Assembly: GCA_964016885.1 (NCBI GenBank)
Contig: CAXHJY010001472.1
Coordinates: 434,001-498,000 of the forward strand
Direction of reading: 5' to 3'
DNA length: 64,000 nt
Source of the DNA: Eledone cirrhosa
Taxonomy: Eukaryota
A program made the position numbers and the translations under genes. Position 1 is the first letter of the stretch; each line of letters begins with the position of its first letter. The notes under the pieces were generated by a model. That model saw only the letters and a list, made by a program, of their open reading frames with translations, ran no database searches and had not been told where the DNA came from. Below are positions 1 through 12,430 of the stretch, piece after piece.

Positions 1-1707
1 CAAATTATCTCCCCCTGATTTTTTTTTACAAATTATCTCCCCCTGATTTTTTTTTACAAATTATCTCCCCCTGATTTTTTTTAACAAATTATCTCCGCCT
101 GATTTTTTTTAAAAAATTATCTCCCCTTGGACGGCTGGAAATTATCTCCCCTTGGACAGCTGGAAATTATCTCCCCTTGGACGGCTAGAAATTACCTCTC
201 CTTGGACGGCTGAAAATTATCTCCCCTTCGACGGCTGCAAATTATCTCCCCTTGATTTTTTTTACAAATTATCTCCCCTTGATTTTTTTTTACAAATTAT
301 CTCCCCCTGATTTTTTTTACAAATTATCTCCCCCTGATTTTTTTTTACAAATTATCTCCCCCTGATTTTTTTTACAAATTATCTCCCCCTGATTTTTTTA
401 CAAATTATCTCCCCCTGATTTTTTTTACAATCTCCGCCTGATTTTTTTAACCCTTGGCTGGCTGGAAATTATCTCCCCTTGGACGGCTGGAAATTATCTC
501 CCCTTGGAAGGATGGAAATTATCTCCCCTTGGACGGCTGGAAATTATCTCCCCTTGCACGGCTGGAAATTATCTCCCCTTGATTTTTTTACAAATTATCT
601 CCCCCTGATTTTTTTTTACAAATTATCTCCCCCTGATTTTTTTTACAAATTATCTCCCCCTGATTTTTTTTACAAATTATCTCCATCTGATTTTTTAAAA
701 AGTTATCTCCCCTTGGACGGCTGGAAATTATCTCCCCTTGGCTGGAAATTATCTCCCCTTGGATGGCTAGAAATTATCTCTCTTTGGACGGCTGGAAATT
801 ATCTCCCTTTGATTTTTTTAACAAATTATCTCCCTCTGATTTTTTTTACAAATCTCCCCCTGATTTTTAAAAAAAAATTATCTCCCCTTCGCTGGCTGGA
901 AATTATCTCCCCTTGGACACTGGAAATTATAGCCCCCTGGAGGGCTGGAAATTATCTTACCTTGGACGGCTGGAAATTATCTCCCCTTGATTTTTTTTTA
1001 CAAATTATCTCCACCTGATTTTTTTTTTACAAATTATCTCCCCCTGATTTTTTTTACAAATTATCTCCCCCTGATTTTTTTACAAATTATCTCCGCCTGA
1101 TTTTTTTAAAAATTATCTTCCCTTGGCTGGCGGGAAATTATCTCCCCTTGGACAGCTGGAAATTATCTCCACTTGGAAGGATGGAAATTATCTCCCCTGG
1201 GACAGCTGGAAATTATCTCCCCTTGGACGGCTGAAAATTATCTCCCCTTGATTTTTTTTTACAAATTATCTCCCCCTGATTTTTTTTTACAAATTATCTC
1301 CCCCTGATTTTTTTTACAAATTATCTTCCCCTGATTTTTTTTACAAATTATCTCCATCTGATTTTTTAAAAAATTATCTCCCCTTGGACGGCTGGAAATT
1401 ATCTCCCCTTGGCTGGAAATTATCTCCCCTTGGACGGCTAGAAATTATCTCGCCTTGGACGGCTAGAAATTACCTCTCCTTGGACGGCTGAAAATTATCT
1501 CCCCTTGGACGGCTGCAAATTATCTCCCCTTGATTTTTTTTACAAATTATCTCCGCCTGATTTTTTTTTACAAATTATCTACCCCTGATTTATTTTACAA
1601 ATTATCTCCACCTGATTTTTTTTTACAAATTATCTCCCCCTGATTTTTTTTACAAATTATCTCCTCCTGATTTTTTTTTACAAATTATCTCCCCCTGATT
1701 TTTTAAA

Positions 1708-1857
1708 AAATTATCTTCCCTTGGCTGGCGGGAAATTATCTCCCCTTGGACGGCTGGAAATTATCTCCCCTTGGAAGGATGGAAATTATCTCCCCTTGGA
1801 CGGCTGGAAATTATCTCCCCTTGCACGGCTGGAAATTATCTCCCCTTGGACAGCTGG
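1708..1857 (+). repeat. Representative module M1: six ordered type-A variants (150 bp), recurring dozens of times
   Basis: Fixed order of tails GGCTGGCGGG, GGACGGCTGG, GGAAGGATGG, GGACGGCTGG, GCACGGCTGG, GGACAGCTGG, followed by the B variant TCTGCCCTTGATTTTGTTTTTAC. Marked by the recurrent 60-aa pseudo-ORF MAGGKLSP... at 1721, 2606, 5776, 11655, 17374, 20719, 22080, 22490, 23272 ... 62486. Confidence 0.95.
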
Positions 1858-3469
1858 AAATTATCTGCCCTTGATTTTGTTTTTACAAATTATCTCCCCC
1901 TGATTTTTTTTACAAATTATCTCCACCTGATTTTTTAAAAAATTATCTCCCCTTGGACGGCTGGAAATTATCTCCCCTTGGCTGTAAATTATCTCCCCTT
2001 GGACGGCTAGAAATTATCTCTCTTTGGACGGCTGGAAATTATCTCCCTTTGATTTTTTTAACAAATTATCTCCCTCTGATTTTTTTTACAAATCTCCCCC
2101 TGATTTTTTAAAAAAAATTATCTCCCCTTCGCTGGCTGGAAATTATCTTCCCTTGGACGGCTGGAAATTATCTCCCCTTGATTTTTTTACAAATTATCTC
2201 CCCCTGATTTTTTTTTACAAATTATCTCCCCCTGATATTTTTTTTACAAATTATTTCCGCCTGATTTTTTAAAAAAAATTATCTCCCCCTGATTTCTTTT
2301 ACAAATTATCTCCCCCTGATTTTTTTTTTACAAATTATCTCCCCCTGATTTTTTTACAAATTATCTCCCCCTGATTTTTTTACAAATTATCTCCCCCTGA
2401 TTTTTTTACAATCTCCCCCTGATTTTTTTTACAAATTATCTCCGCCTGATTTTTTTTAAAAAATTATCTCCCCCTGATTTTTTTTTACAAATTATCTCCC
2501 CCTGATTTTTTTTTTACAAATTATCTCCCCCTGATTTTTTTACAAATTATCTCCCCCTGATTTTTTTTACAATCTCCGCCTGATTTTTTTAAAAATTATC
2601 TTCCCTTGGCTGGCGGGAAATTATCTCCCCTTGGACGGCTGGAAATTATCTCCCCTTGGAAGGATGGAAATTATCTCCCCTTGGACGGCTGGAAATTATC
2701 TCCCCTTGCACGGCTGGAAATTATCTCCCCTTGGACAGCTGGAAATTATCTGCCCTTGATTTTGTTTTTACAAATTATCTCCCCCTGATTTTTTTTACAA
2801 ATTATCTCCACCTGATTTTTTAAAAAATTATCTCCCCTTGGACGGCTGGAAATTATCTCCCCTTGGCTGGAAATTATCTCCCCTTGGACGGCTAGAAATT
2901 ATCTCTCTTTGGACGGCTGGAAATTATCTCCCTTTGATTTTTTTAACAAATTATCTCCCTCTGATTTTTTTTACAAATCTCCCCCTGATTTTTTTAAAAA
3001 AATTATCTCCCCTTCGCTGGCTGGAAATTATCTCCCCTTGGACACTGGAAATTATAGCCCCCTGGAGGGCTGGAAATTATCTCCCCTTGGACGGCTGCAA
3101 ATTATCTCCCCTTGATTTTTCTTACAAATTATCTCCCCTTGATTTTTTTTTACAAATTATCTCCCCCTGATTTTTTTTACAAATTATCTCCCCCTGAATT
3201 ATTTTTACAAATTATCTCCCCCTAATTTTTTTTTTACAAATTATCTCCCCCTGATTTTTTTACAAATTATCTCCCCCTGATTTTTTTTACAATCTCCGCC
3301 TGATTTTTTTAAAAATGATCTCCCCTTGGACGGCTGGAAATGATCTCCCCTTGGACGCTGGAAATTATAGCCCCTTGGAGGGCTGGAAATTATCTCCCCT
3401 TGGACGGCTGGAAATTATCTCCCCTTGGACGGCTAGAAATTACCTCTCCTTGGACGGCTGAAAATTATC

Positions 3470-5760
3470 TTCCCTTGGCTGGCTGGAAATTATCTCCCCT
3501 TGGACGGCTGGAAATTATCTCCCCTTGGAAGGATGGAAATTATCTCCCCTTGGACGGCTGGAAATTATCTCCCCTTGCACGGCTGGAAATTATCTCCCCT
3601 TGGACAGCTGGAAATTATCTGCCCTTGATTTTGTTTTTACAAATTATCTTCCCCTGATTTTTTTTACAAATTATCTCCCCCTGATTTTTTTTACAAATTA
3701 TCTCCCCCTGATTTTTTTTTACAAATTATCTCCCCCTGATTTTTTTACAAATTATCTCCCCCTGATTTTTTTTACAAATTATCTCCGCCTGATTTTTTTA
3801 AATATTATCTTCCGTTGGCTGGCGGGAAATTAGCTCCCCTTGGACGGCTGGAAATTATCTCCCCTTGCACTGCTGGAAATTATCTCCCCTTGGACGGCTG
3901 GAAATTATCTGCCCTTGATTTTGTTTTTACAAATTATCTTCCCCTGATTTTTTTAACAAATTATCTCCACCTAATTTTTAAAAAAAATTATCTCCCCTCG
4001 GACGGCTGGAAATTATCTCCCCTTGGCTGGAAATTATCTCCCCTTGGACGGCTAGAAATGATCTCTCTTTGGACGGCTGGAAATTATCTCCCTTGATTTT
4101 TTTTACAAATTATCTCCCCCTGATTTTTTTACAAATTATCTCCCCCTGATTTTTTTTACAATCTCCGCCTGATTTTTTTAAAAATGATCTCCCCTTGGAC
4201 GGCTGGAAATGATCTCCCCTTGGACGCTGGAAATTATAGCCCCTTGGAGGGCTGTAAATTATCTCCCCTTGGACGGCTGGAAATTATCTCCCCTTGGACG
4301 GCTAGAAATTACCTCTCCTTGGACGGCTGAAAATTATCTCCCCTTGGACGGCTGCAAATTATCTCCCCTTGATTTTTTTTACAAATTATCTCCCCTTGAT
4401 TTTTTTTTACAAATTATCTCCCCCTGATTTTTTTTACAAATTATCTCCCCCTGATTTTTTTTTACAAATTATCTCCCCCTGATTTTTTTTTACAAATTAT
4501 CTCCCCCTGATTTTTTTACAAATTATCTTCCCTTGGCTGGCGGGAAATTATCTCCCCTTGGACGGCTGGAAATTATCTCCCCTTGGAAGGATGGAAATTA
4601 TCTCCCCTTGCACGGCTGGAAATTATCTCCCCTTGCACGGCTGGAAATTATCTCCCCTTGGACAGCTGGAAATTATCTGCCCTTGATTTTGTTTTTACAA
4701 ATTATCTACCCCTGATTTTTTTTACAAATTATCTCCCCCTGATTTTTTTTTTACAAATTATCTCCCCATGATTTTTTTAAAAATGATCTCCCCTTGGACG
4801 GCTGGAAATGATCTCCCCTTGGCTGGTTGGAAATTATCTCCCCTTGGACCGCTAGAAATTATCTCTCCTTGGACGGCTGGAAATTATCTCCCCTTGATTT
4901 TTTTCACAAATCTCCCCCTAATTTAAAAAAAAATTATCTCCCCTTCGCTGGCTGGAAATTATCTCCCTTTGGACGGCTGGAAATTATAGCCCCTTGTAGG
5001 GCTGGAAATTATCTCCCCTTGGACGGCTGGAAATTATCTCCCCTTGATTTTTTTTACAAATTTTCTCCCCCTGATTTTTTTAAAAATGATCTCCCCTTGG
5101 ACGGCTGGAAATGATCTCCCCTTGGCTGGTTGGAAATTATCTCCCCTTGGACCGCTAGAAATTATCTCTCCTTGGACGGCTGGAAATTATCTCCCCTTGA
5201 TTTTTTTTTACAAATCTCCCCCTAATTTAAAAAAAAATTATCTCCCCTTCGCTGGCTGGAAATTATCTCCCCTTGGACGCTGGAAATTATAGCCCCTTGG
5301 AGGGCTGGAAATTATCTTACCTTGGACGGCTGGAAATTATCTCCCCTTGATTTTTTTTTACAAATTATCTCCCCCTGATTTTTTTTTATAAATTATCTCC
5401 CCCTGATTTTTTTTACAAATTATCTCCCCCTGATTTTTCTTAACAAATTATCTCCGCCTGATTTTTTTTAAAAAATTATCTCCCCTTGGACGGCTGGAAA
5501 TTATCTCCCCTTGGACGGCTGGAAATTATCTCCCCTTGGACGGCTAGAAATTACCTCTCCTTGGACGGCTGAAAATTATCTCCCCTTGGACGGCTGCAAA
5601 TTATCTCCCCTTGATTTTTTTTACAAATTATCTCCCCTTGATTTTTTTTTACAAATTATCTCCCCCTGATTTTTTTTACAAATTATCTCCCCCTGATTTT
5701 TTTTTACAAATTATCTCCCCCTGATTTTTTTTTTACAAATTATCTCCCCCTGATTTTTTT
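3470..5760 (+). repeat. ~2.3-kb segment duplicated at ~14995-17290 (offset ~11,524)
   Basis: Matching pseudo-ORFs 4209/15734, 4533/16057, 4583/16107, 4827/16351, 5044/16568. Shared rare variants CCCCATGA, TTTTCACAAATCTC and AAATTTTCTCC. Confidence 0.85.
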
Positions 5761-8460
5761 ACAAATTATCTTCCCTTGGCTGGCGGGAAATTATCTCCCC
5801 TTGGACGGCTAGAAATTATCTCCCCTTGGAAGGATGGAAATTATCTCCCCTTGGACGGCTGGAAATTATCTCCCCTTGCACGGCTGGAAATTATCTCCCC
5901 TTGGACAGCTGGAAATTATCTGCCCTTGAATTTGTTTTTACAAATTATCTCCCCTTGATTTTTTTTACAAATTATCTCCACCTGATTTTTTAAAAAATTA
6001 TCTCCCCTTGGACGGCTGGAAATTATCTCCCCTTGGCTGGAAATTATCTCCCCTTGGACGGCTAGAAATTATCTCTCTTTGGACGGCTGGAAATTATCTC
6101 CCTTTGATTTTTTTAACAAATTATCTCCCTCTGATTTTTTTTACAAATCTCCCCCTGATTTTTTTAAAAAAATTATCTCCCCTTCGCTGGCTGGAAATTA
6201 TCTCCCCTTGGACACTGGAAATTATAGCCCCCTGGAGGGCTGGAAATTATCTTCCCTTGGAAGGCTGGAAATTATCTCCCCTTGATTTTTTTTACAAATT
6301 ATCTGCCCCTGATTTTTTTTTACAAATTATCTCCCCCTGATTTTTTTTACAAATTATCTCCCCCTGATTTTTTTTTACAAATTATCTCCCCCTGATATTT
6401 TTTTTACAAATTATCTCCGCCTGATTTTTTAAAAAAAATTATCTCCCCTTGGACGGCTAGAAATTATCTCCCCTTGGACGGCTGGAAATTATCTCCCCTT
6501 GGACGGCTGGAAATTATCTTCCCTTGGACGGCTAGAAATTACCTCTCCTTGGACGGCTGAAAATTATCTCCCCTTGGACGGCTGGAAATTATCTCCCCTT
6601 GATTTTTTTACAAATTATCTCCCCCTGATTTTTTTTTTACAAATTATCTCCCCCTGATTTTTTTTTACAAATTATCTACCCCTGATTTTTTTTACAAATT
6701 ATCTCCCCCTGATTTTTTTAAAAATGATCTCCCCTTGGACGGCTGGAAATGATCTCCCCTTGGCTGGTTGGAAATTATCTCCCCTTGGACCGCTAGAAAT
6801 TATCTCTCCTTGGACGGCTGGAAATTATCTCCCCTTGATTTTTTTACAAATTATCTCCCCCTGATTTTTTTTACAAATCTCCCAGTGATTTTTTTAAAAA
6901 ATTATCTCCCCTTCGCTGGCTGGAAATTATCTCCCCTTGGACGCTGGAAATTATAGCCCCTTGGAGGGCTGGAAATTATCTTCCCTTGGACGGCTGCAAA
7001 TTATCTCCCCTTGGACGGCTGGAAATTATCTCCCCTTGGACGGCTAGAAATTACCTCTCCTTGGACGGCTGAAAATTATCTCCCCTTGGACGGCTGCAAA
7101 TTATCTCCCCTTGATTTTTTTTACAAATTATCTCCCCTTGATTTTTTTTTACAAATTATCTCCCCCTGATTTTTTTTACAAATTATCTCCCCCTGATTTT
7201 TTTTTACAAATTATCTCCCCCTGATTTTTTTTTTACAAATTATCTCCCCCTGATTTTTTTACAAATTATCTCCCCCTGATTTTTTTCACAATCTCCGCCT
7301 GATTTTTTTAAAAATTATCTTCCCTTGGCTGGCTGGAAATTATCTCCCCTTGGACGGCTGGAAATTATCTCCCCTTGGAAGGATGGAAATTATCTCCCCT
7401 TGGACGGCTGGAAATTATCTCCCCTTGCACGGCTGGAAATTATCTCCCCTTGGACAGCTGGAAATTATCTGCCCTTGATTTTGTTTTTACAAATTATCTC
7501 CCCCTGATTTTTTTTACAAATTATCTCCACCTGATTTTTAAAAAAATTATCTCCCCTTGGACGGCTGGAAATTATCTCCCCTTGGCTGGAAATTATCTCC
7601 CCTTGGACGGCTAGAAATTATCTCTCTTTGGACGGCTGGAAATTATCTCCCTTTGATTTTTTTAACAAATTATCTCCCTCTGATTTTTTTTACAAATCTC
7701 CCCCTGATTTTTTAAAAAAAATTATCTCCCCTTCGCTGGCTGGAAATTGTCCCCCCTTGGACACTGGAAATTATAGCCCCCTGGAGGGCTGGAAATTATC
7801 TTACCTTGGACGGCTGGAAATGATCTCCCCTTGATTTTTTTACAAATTATCTCCCCCTGATTTTTTTTTACAAATTATCTCCCCCTGATTTTTTTTACAA
7901 ATTATCTCCCCCTGATTTTTTTTTACAAATTATCTCCCCCTGATATTTTTTTTACAAATTATCTCCGCCTGATTTTTTAAAAAAATTATCTCCCCTTGCA
8001 CGGCTGGAAATTATCTCCCCTTGGACGGCTGGAAATTATCTCCCCTTGGACGGCTAGAAATTACCTCTCCTTGGATGGCTGAAAATTATCTCCCCTTGGA
8101 CGGCTGCAAATTATCTCCCCTTGATTTTTTTTACAAATTATCTCCCCCTGATTTTTTTTTTACAAATTATCTCCCCCTGATTTTTTTTTTACAAATCTCC
8201 GCCAGATTTTTAAAAAAATTTATCTCCCGTTGGACGGCTGGAAATTATCTCCCCTTGGACGGCTGGAAATTATCTTCCCTTGGACGGCTAGAAATTACCT
8301 CTCCTTGGACGGCTGAAAATCATCTCCCCTTGGACGGCTGGAATTTATCTCCCCTTGATTTTTTTACAAATTATCTGCCCCTGATTTTTTTTTTACAAAT
8401 TATCTCCCCCTGATTTTTTTTACAAATTATCTACCCCTGATTTTTTTTACAAATTATCTC
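5235..8460 (+). repeat. ~3.2-kb segment duplicated at ~37645-40895 (offset 32,410-32,436)
   Basis: Pseudo-ORF pairs 5776/38186, 6008/38418, 6768/39178, 7628/40064, 8021/40456. Shared rare variants CCTTGAATTTG, TTGGAAGGCTGG, AATTGTCCCCCC and CCGCCAGA. Confidence 0.88.
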
Positions 8461-8699
8461 CCCCTGATTTTTTTTTTACAAATTATCTCCCCCTGATTTT
8501 TTTAAAAATGATCTCCCCTTGGACGGCTGGAAATGATCTCCCCTTGGCTGGTTGGAAATTATCTCCCCTTGGACCGCTAGAAATTATCTCTCCTTGGACG
8601 GCTGGAAATTATCTCCCCTTGGACGGCTGGAAATTATCTCCCCTTGATTTTTTTTACAAATTATCTCCCCCTGATTTTTTTTTACAAATTATCTCCCCC

Positions 8700-11450
8700 T
8701 GATATTTTTTTTACAAATTATCTCCGCCTGATTTTTTAAAAAAAATTATCTCCCCTTGGACGGCTGGAAATTATCTCCCTTGGACGGCTGGAAATTATCT
8801 CCCCTTGGACGGCTAGAAATTACCTCTCCTTGGATGGCTGAAAATTATCTCCCCTTGGACGGCTGCAAATTATCTCCCCTTGATTTTTTTTACAAATTAT
8901 CTCCCCCTGATTTTTTTTTTACAAATTATCTCCCCCTGATTTTTTTTTTACAAATCTCCGCCTGATTTTTAAAAAAAATTATCTCCCCTTGGACGGCTGG
9001 AAATTATCTCCCCTTGGACGGCTGGAAATTATCTTCCCTTGGACGGCTAGAAATTACCTCTCATTGGACGGCTGAAAATTATCTCCCCTTGGACGGCTGG
9101 AAATTATCTCCCCTTGATTTTTTTACAAATTATCTGCCCCTGATTTTTTTTTTACAAATTATCTCCCCCTGATTTTTTTTTACAAATTATCTACCCCTGA
9201 TTTTTTTTACAAATTATCTCCCCCTGATTTTTTTTACAAATTATCTCCCCCTGATTTTTTTACAAATTATCTTCCCTTGGCTGGCGGGAAATTATCTCCC
9301 CTTGGACGGCTGGAAATTATCTCCCCTTGGAAGGATGGAAATTATCTCCCCTTGGACAGCTGGAAATTATCTCCCCTTGGACGGCTGAAAATTATCTCCC
9401 CTTGATTTTTTTTTTACAAATTATCTCCCCCTGATTTTTTTTTACAAATTATCTCCCCCTGATTTTTTTTACAAATTATCTCCCCCTGATTTTTTTACAA
9501 ATTAGCTCCGCCTGATTTTTTTAAAAATTATCTTCCCTTGGCTGGCGGGAAATTATCTCCCCTTGGACGGCTGGAAATTATCTCCCCTTGGAAGGACGGA
9601 AATTATCTCCCCTTGGACAGCTAGAAATTACCTCTCCTTGGACGGCTGAAAATTATTTCCCCTTGGACGGCTGCAAATTATCTCCCCTTGATTTTTTTTA
9701 CAAATTATCTCCCCCTGATTTTTTTTAAAAATTATCTACCCCTGATTTTTTTTACAAATTATCTCCGCCTGATTTTTTTTTACAAATTATCTCCCCCTGA
9801 TTTTTTTTTTACAAATTATCTACCCCTGATTTTTTTACATATTATCTCCCCCTGATTTTTTTTACAAATTATCTCCGCCTGATTTTTTAAAATATTATCT
9901 TCCCTTGGCTGGCGGGAAATTATCTCCCCTTGGACGGCTGGAAATTATCTCCACTTGCACGGCTGGAAATTATCTCCCCTTCGACAGCTGGAAATTATCT
10001 GCCCTTGATTTTGTTTTTACAAATTATCTCCCCCTGATTTTTTTTACAAATTATCTCCACCTGATTTTTTAAAAAATTATCTCCCCTTGGACGGCTGGAA
10101 ATTATCTCCCCTTGGCTGGAAATTATCTCCCCTTGGACGGCTAGAAATTATCTCTCTTTGGACGGCTGGAAATTATCTCCCTTTGATTTTTTTAACAAAT
10201 TATCTCCCTCTGATTTTTTTTACAAATCTCCCCCTGATTTTTTTAAAAAAATTATCTCCCCTTCGCTGGCTGGAAATTATCTCCCCTTGGACACTGGAAA
10301 TTATAGCCCCCTGGAGGGCTGGAAATTATCTCCCCTTGGACGGCTGCAAATTATCTCCCCTTGATTTTTCTTACAAATTATCTCCCCTTGATTTTTTTTT
10401 ACAAATTATCTCCCCCTGATTTTTTTTACAAATTATCTCCCCCTGAATTATTTTTACAAATTATCTCCCCCTGATTTTTTTTTTACAAATTATCTCCCCC
10501 TGATTTTTTTACAAATTATCTCACCCTGATTTTTTTTACAATCTCCGCCTGATTTTTTTTAAAATTATCTTCCCTTGGCTGGCTGGAAATTATCTCCCCT
10601 TGGACGGCTGGAAATTATCTCCCCTTGGAAGGATGGAAATTATCTCCCCTTGGACGGCTGGAAATTATCTCCCCTTGCACGGCTGGAAATTATCTCCCCT
10701 TGGACAGCTGGAAATTATCTGCCCTTGATTTTGTTTTTACAAATTATCTTCCCCTGATTTTTTTTACAAATTATCTCCCCCTGATTTTTTTTACAAATTA
10801 TCTCCCCCTGATTTTTTTTTACAAATTATCTCCCCCTGATTTTTTTACAAATTATCTCCCCCTGATTTTTTTTACAAATTATCTCCGCCTGATATTTTTA
10901 AATATTATCTTCCCTTGGCTGGCGGGAAATTAGCTCCCCTTGGACGGCTGGAAATTATCTCCCCTTGCACTGCTGGAAATTATCTCCCCTTGGACGGCTG
11001 GAAATTATCTGCCCTTGATTTTGTTTTTGCAAATTATCTTCCCCTGATTTTTTTAACAAATTATCTCCACCTGATTTTTAAAAAAAATTATCTCCCCTCG
11101 GACGGCTGGAAATTATCTCCCCTTGGCTGGAAATTATCTCCCCTTGGACGGCTAGAAATGATCTCTCTTTGGACGGCTGGAAATTATCTCCCTTGATTTT
11201 TTTTACAAATTATCTCCCCCTGATTTTTTTACAAATTATCTCCCCCTGATTTTTTTTACAATCTCCGCCTGATTTTTTTAAAAATGATCTCCCCTTGGAC
11301 GGCTGGAAATGATCTCCCCTTGGACGCTGGAAATTATAGCCCCTTGGAGGGCTGGAAATTATCTCCCCTTGGACGGCTGGAAATTATCTCCCCTTGGACG
11401 GCTAGAAATTACCTCTCCTTGGACGGCTGAAAATTATCTCCCCTTGGACG
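8700..11450 (+). repeat. ~2.75-kb segment duplicated at ~13155-15875 (offset ~4,425-4,455)
   Basis: Pairs 8756/13211, 10087/14513, 10575/15001, 10915/15340, 11309/15734. Shared rare variants CTCTCATTGG, GGAAGGACGG, ATTAGCTCCGCC and GTTTTTGCAAA. Confidence 0.88.
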
Positions 11451-12430
11451 GCTGGAAATTATCTCCCCTTGATTTTTTTTACAAATTATCTCCCCCTGAT
11501 TTTTTTTTACAAATTATCTCCCCCTGATTTTTTTTTACAAATTATCTCCCCCTGATTTTTTTTTACAAATTATCTCCCCCTGATTTTTTTACAAATTATC
11601 TCCCCCTGATTTTTTTTACAATCTCCGCCTGATTTTTTTAAAAACTATCTTCCCTTGGCTGGCGGGAAATTATCTCCCCTTGGACGGCTGGAAATTATCT
11701 CCCCTTGGAAGGATGGAAATTATCTCCCCTTGGACGGCTGGAAATTATCTCCCCTTGCACGGCTGGAAATTATCTCCCCTTGGACAGCTGGAAATTATCT
11801 GCCCTTGATTTTGTTTTTACAAATTATCTTCCCCTGATTTTTTTTACAAATTATCTCCCCCTGATTTTTTTTACAAATTATCTCCCCCTGATTTTTTTTT
11901 ACAAATTATCTCCCCCTGATTTTTTTACAAATTATCTCCCCCTGATTTTTTTTACAAATTATCTCCGCCTGATTTTTTTAAATATTATCTTCCCTTGGCT
12001 GGCGGGAAATTAGCTCCCCTTGGACGGCTGGAAATTATCTCCCCTTGCACTGCTGGAAATTATCTCCCCTTGGACGGCTGGAAATTATCTGCCCTTGATT
12101 TTGTTTTTACAAATTATCTTCCCCTGATTTTTTTAACAAATTATCTCCACCTGATTTTTAAAAAAATTATCTCCCCTCGGACGGCTGGAAATTATCTCCC
12201 CTTGGCTGGAAATTATCTCCCCTTGGACGGCTAGAAATGATCTCTCTTTGGACGGCTGGAAATTATCTCCCTTGATTTTTTTTACAAATTATCTCCCCCT
12301 GATTTTTTTACAAATTATCTCCCCCTGATTTTTTTTACAATCTCCGCCTGATTTTTTTAAAAATGATCTCCCCTTGGACGGCTGGAAATGATCTCCCCTT
12401 GGACGCTGGAAATTATAGCCCCTTGGAGGG
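10500..12430 (+). repeat. Local near-tandem duplication, period 1,080 bp
   Basis: Pairs 10575/11655, 10625/11705 and 10915/11995 all have offset 1080. Confidence 0.8.

Noticed and set aside
580-700. Poly-T tracts as intrinsic or Pol III terminators
   Set aside because: No GC-rich hairpin precedes them, there is no upstream gene, and they are simply the type B tail.
1724-1731. GCTGGCGG resembling the E. coli Chi site GCTGGTGG
   Set aside because: Only a 7/8 match inside a satellite variant, and nothing suggests a bacterial context.
1720-1800. GGNNGGNNGG pattern kept in several A variants as a possible two-tier G-quadruplex motif
   Set aside because: Only three GG doublets per monomer, and many common variants (GCACGG, GGACAG, GGCTAG, GGCTGA, GGCTGC) break the pattern.
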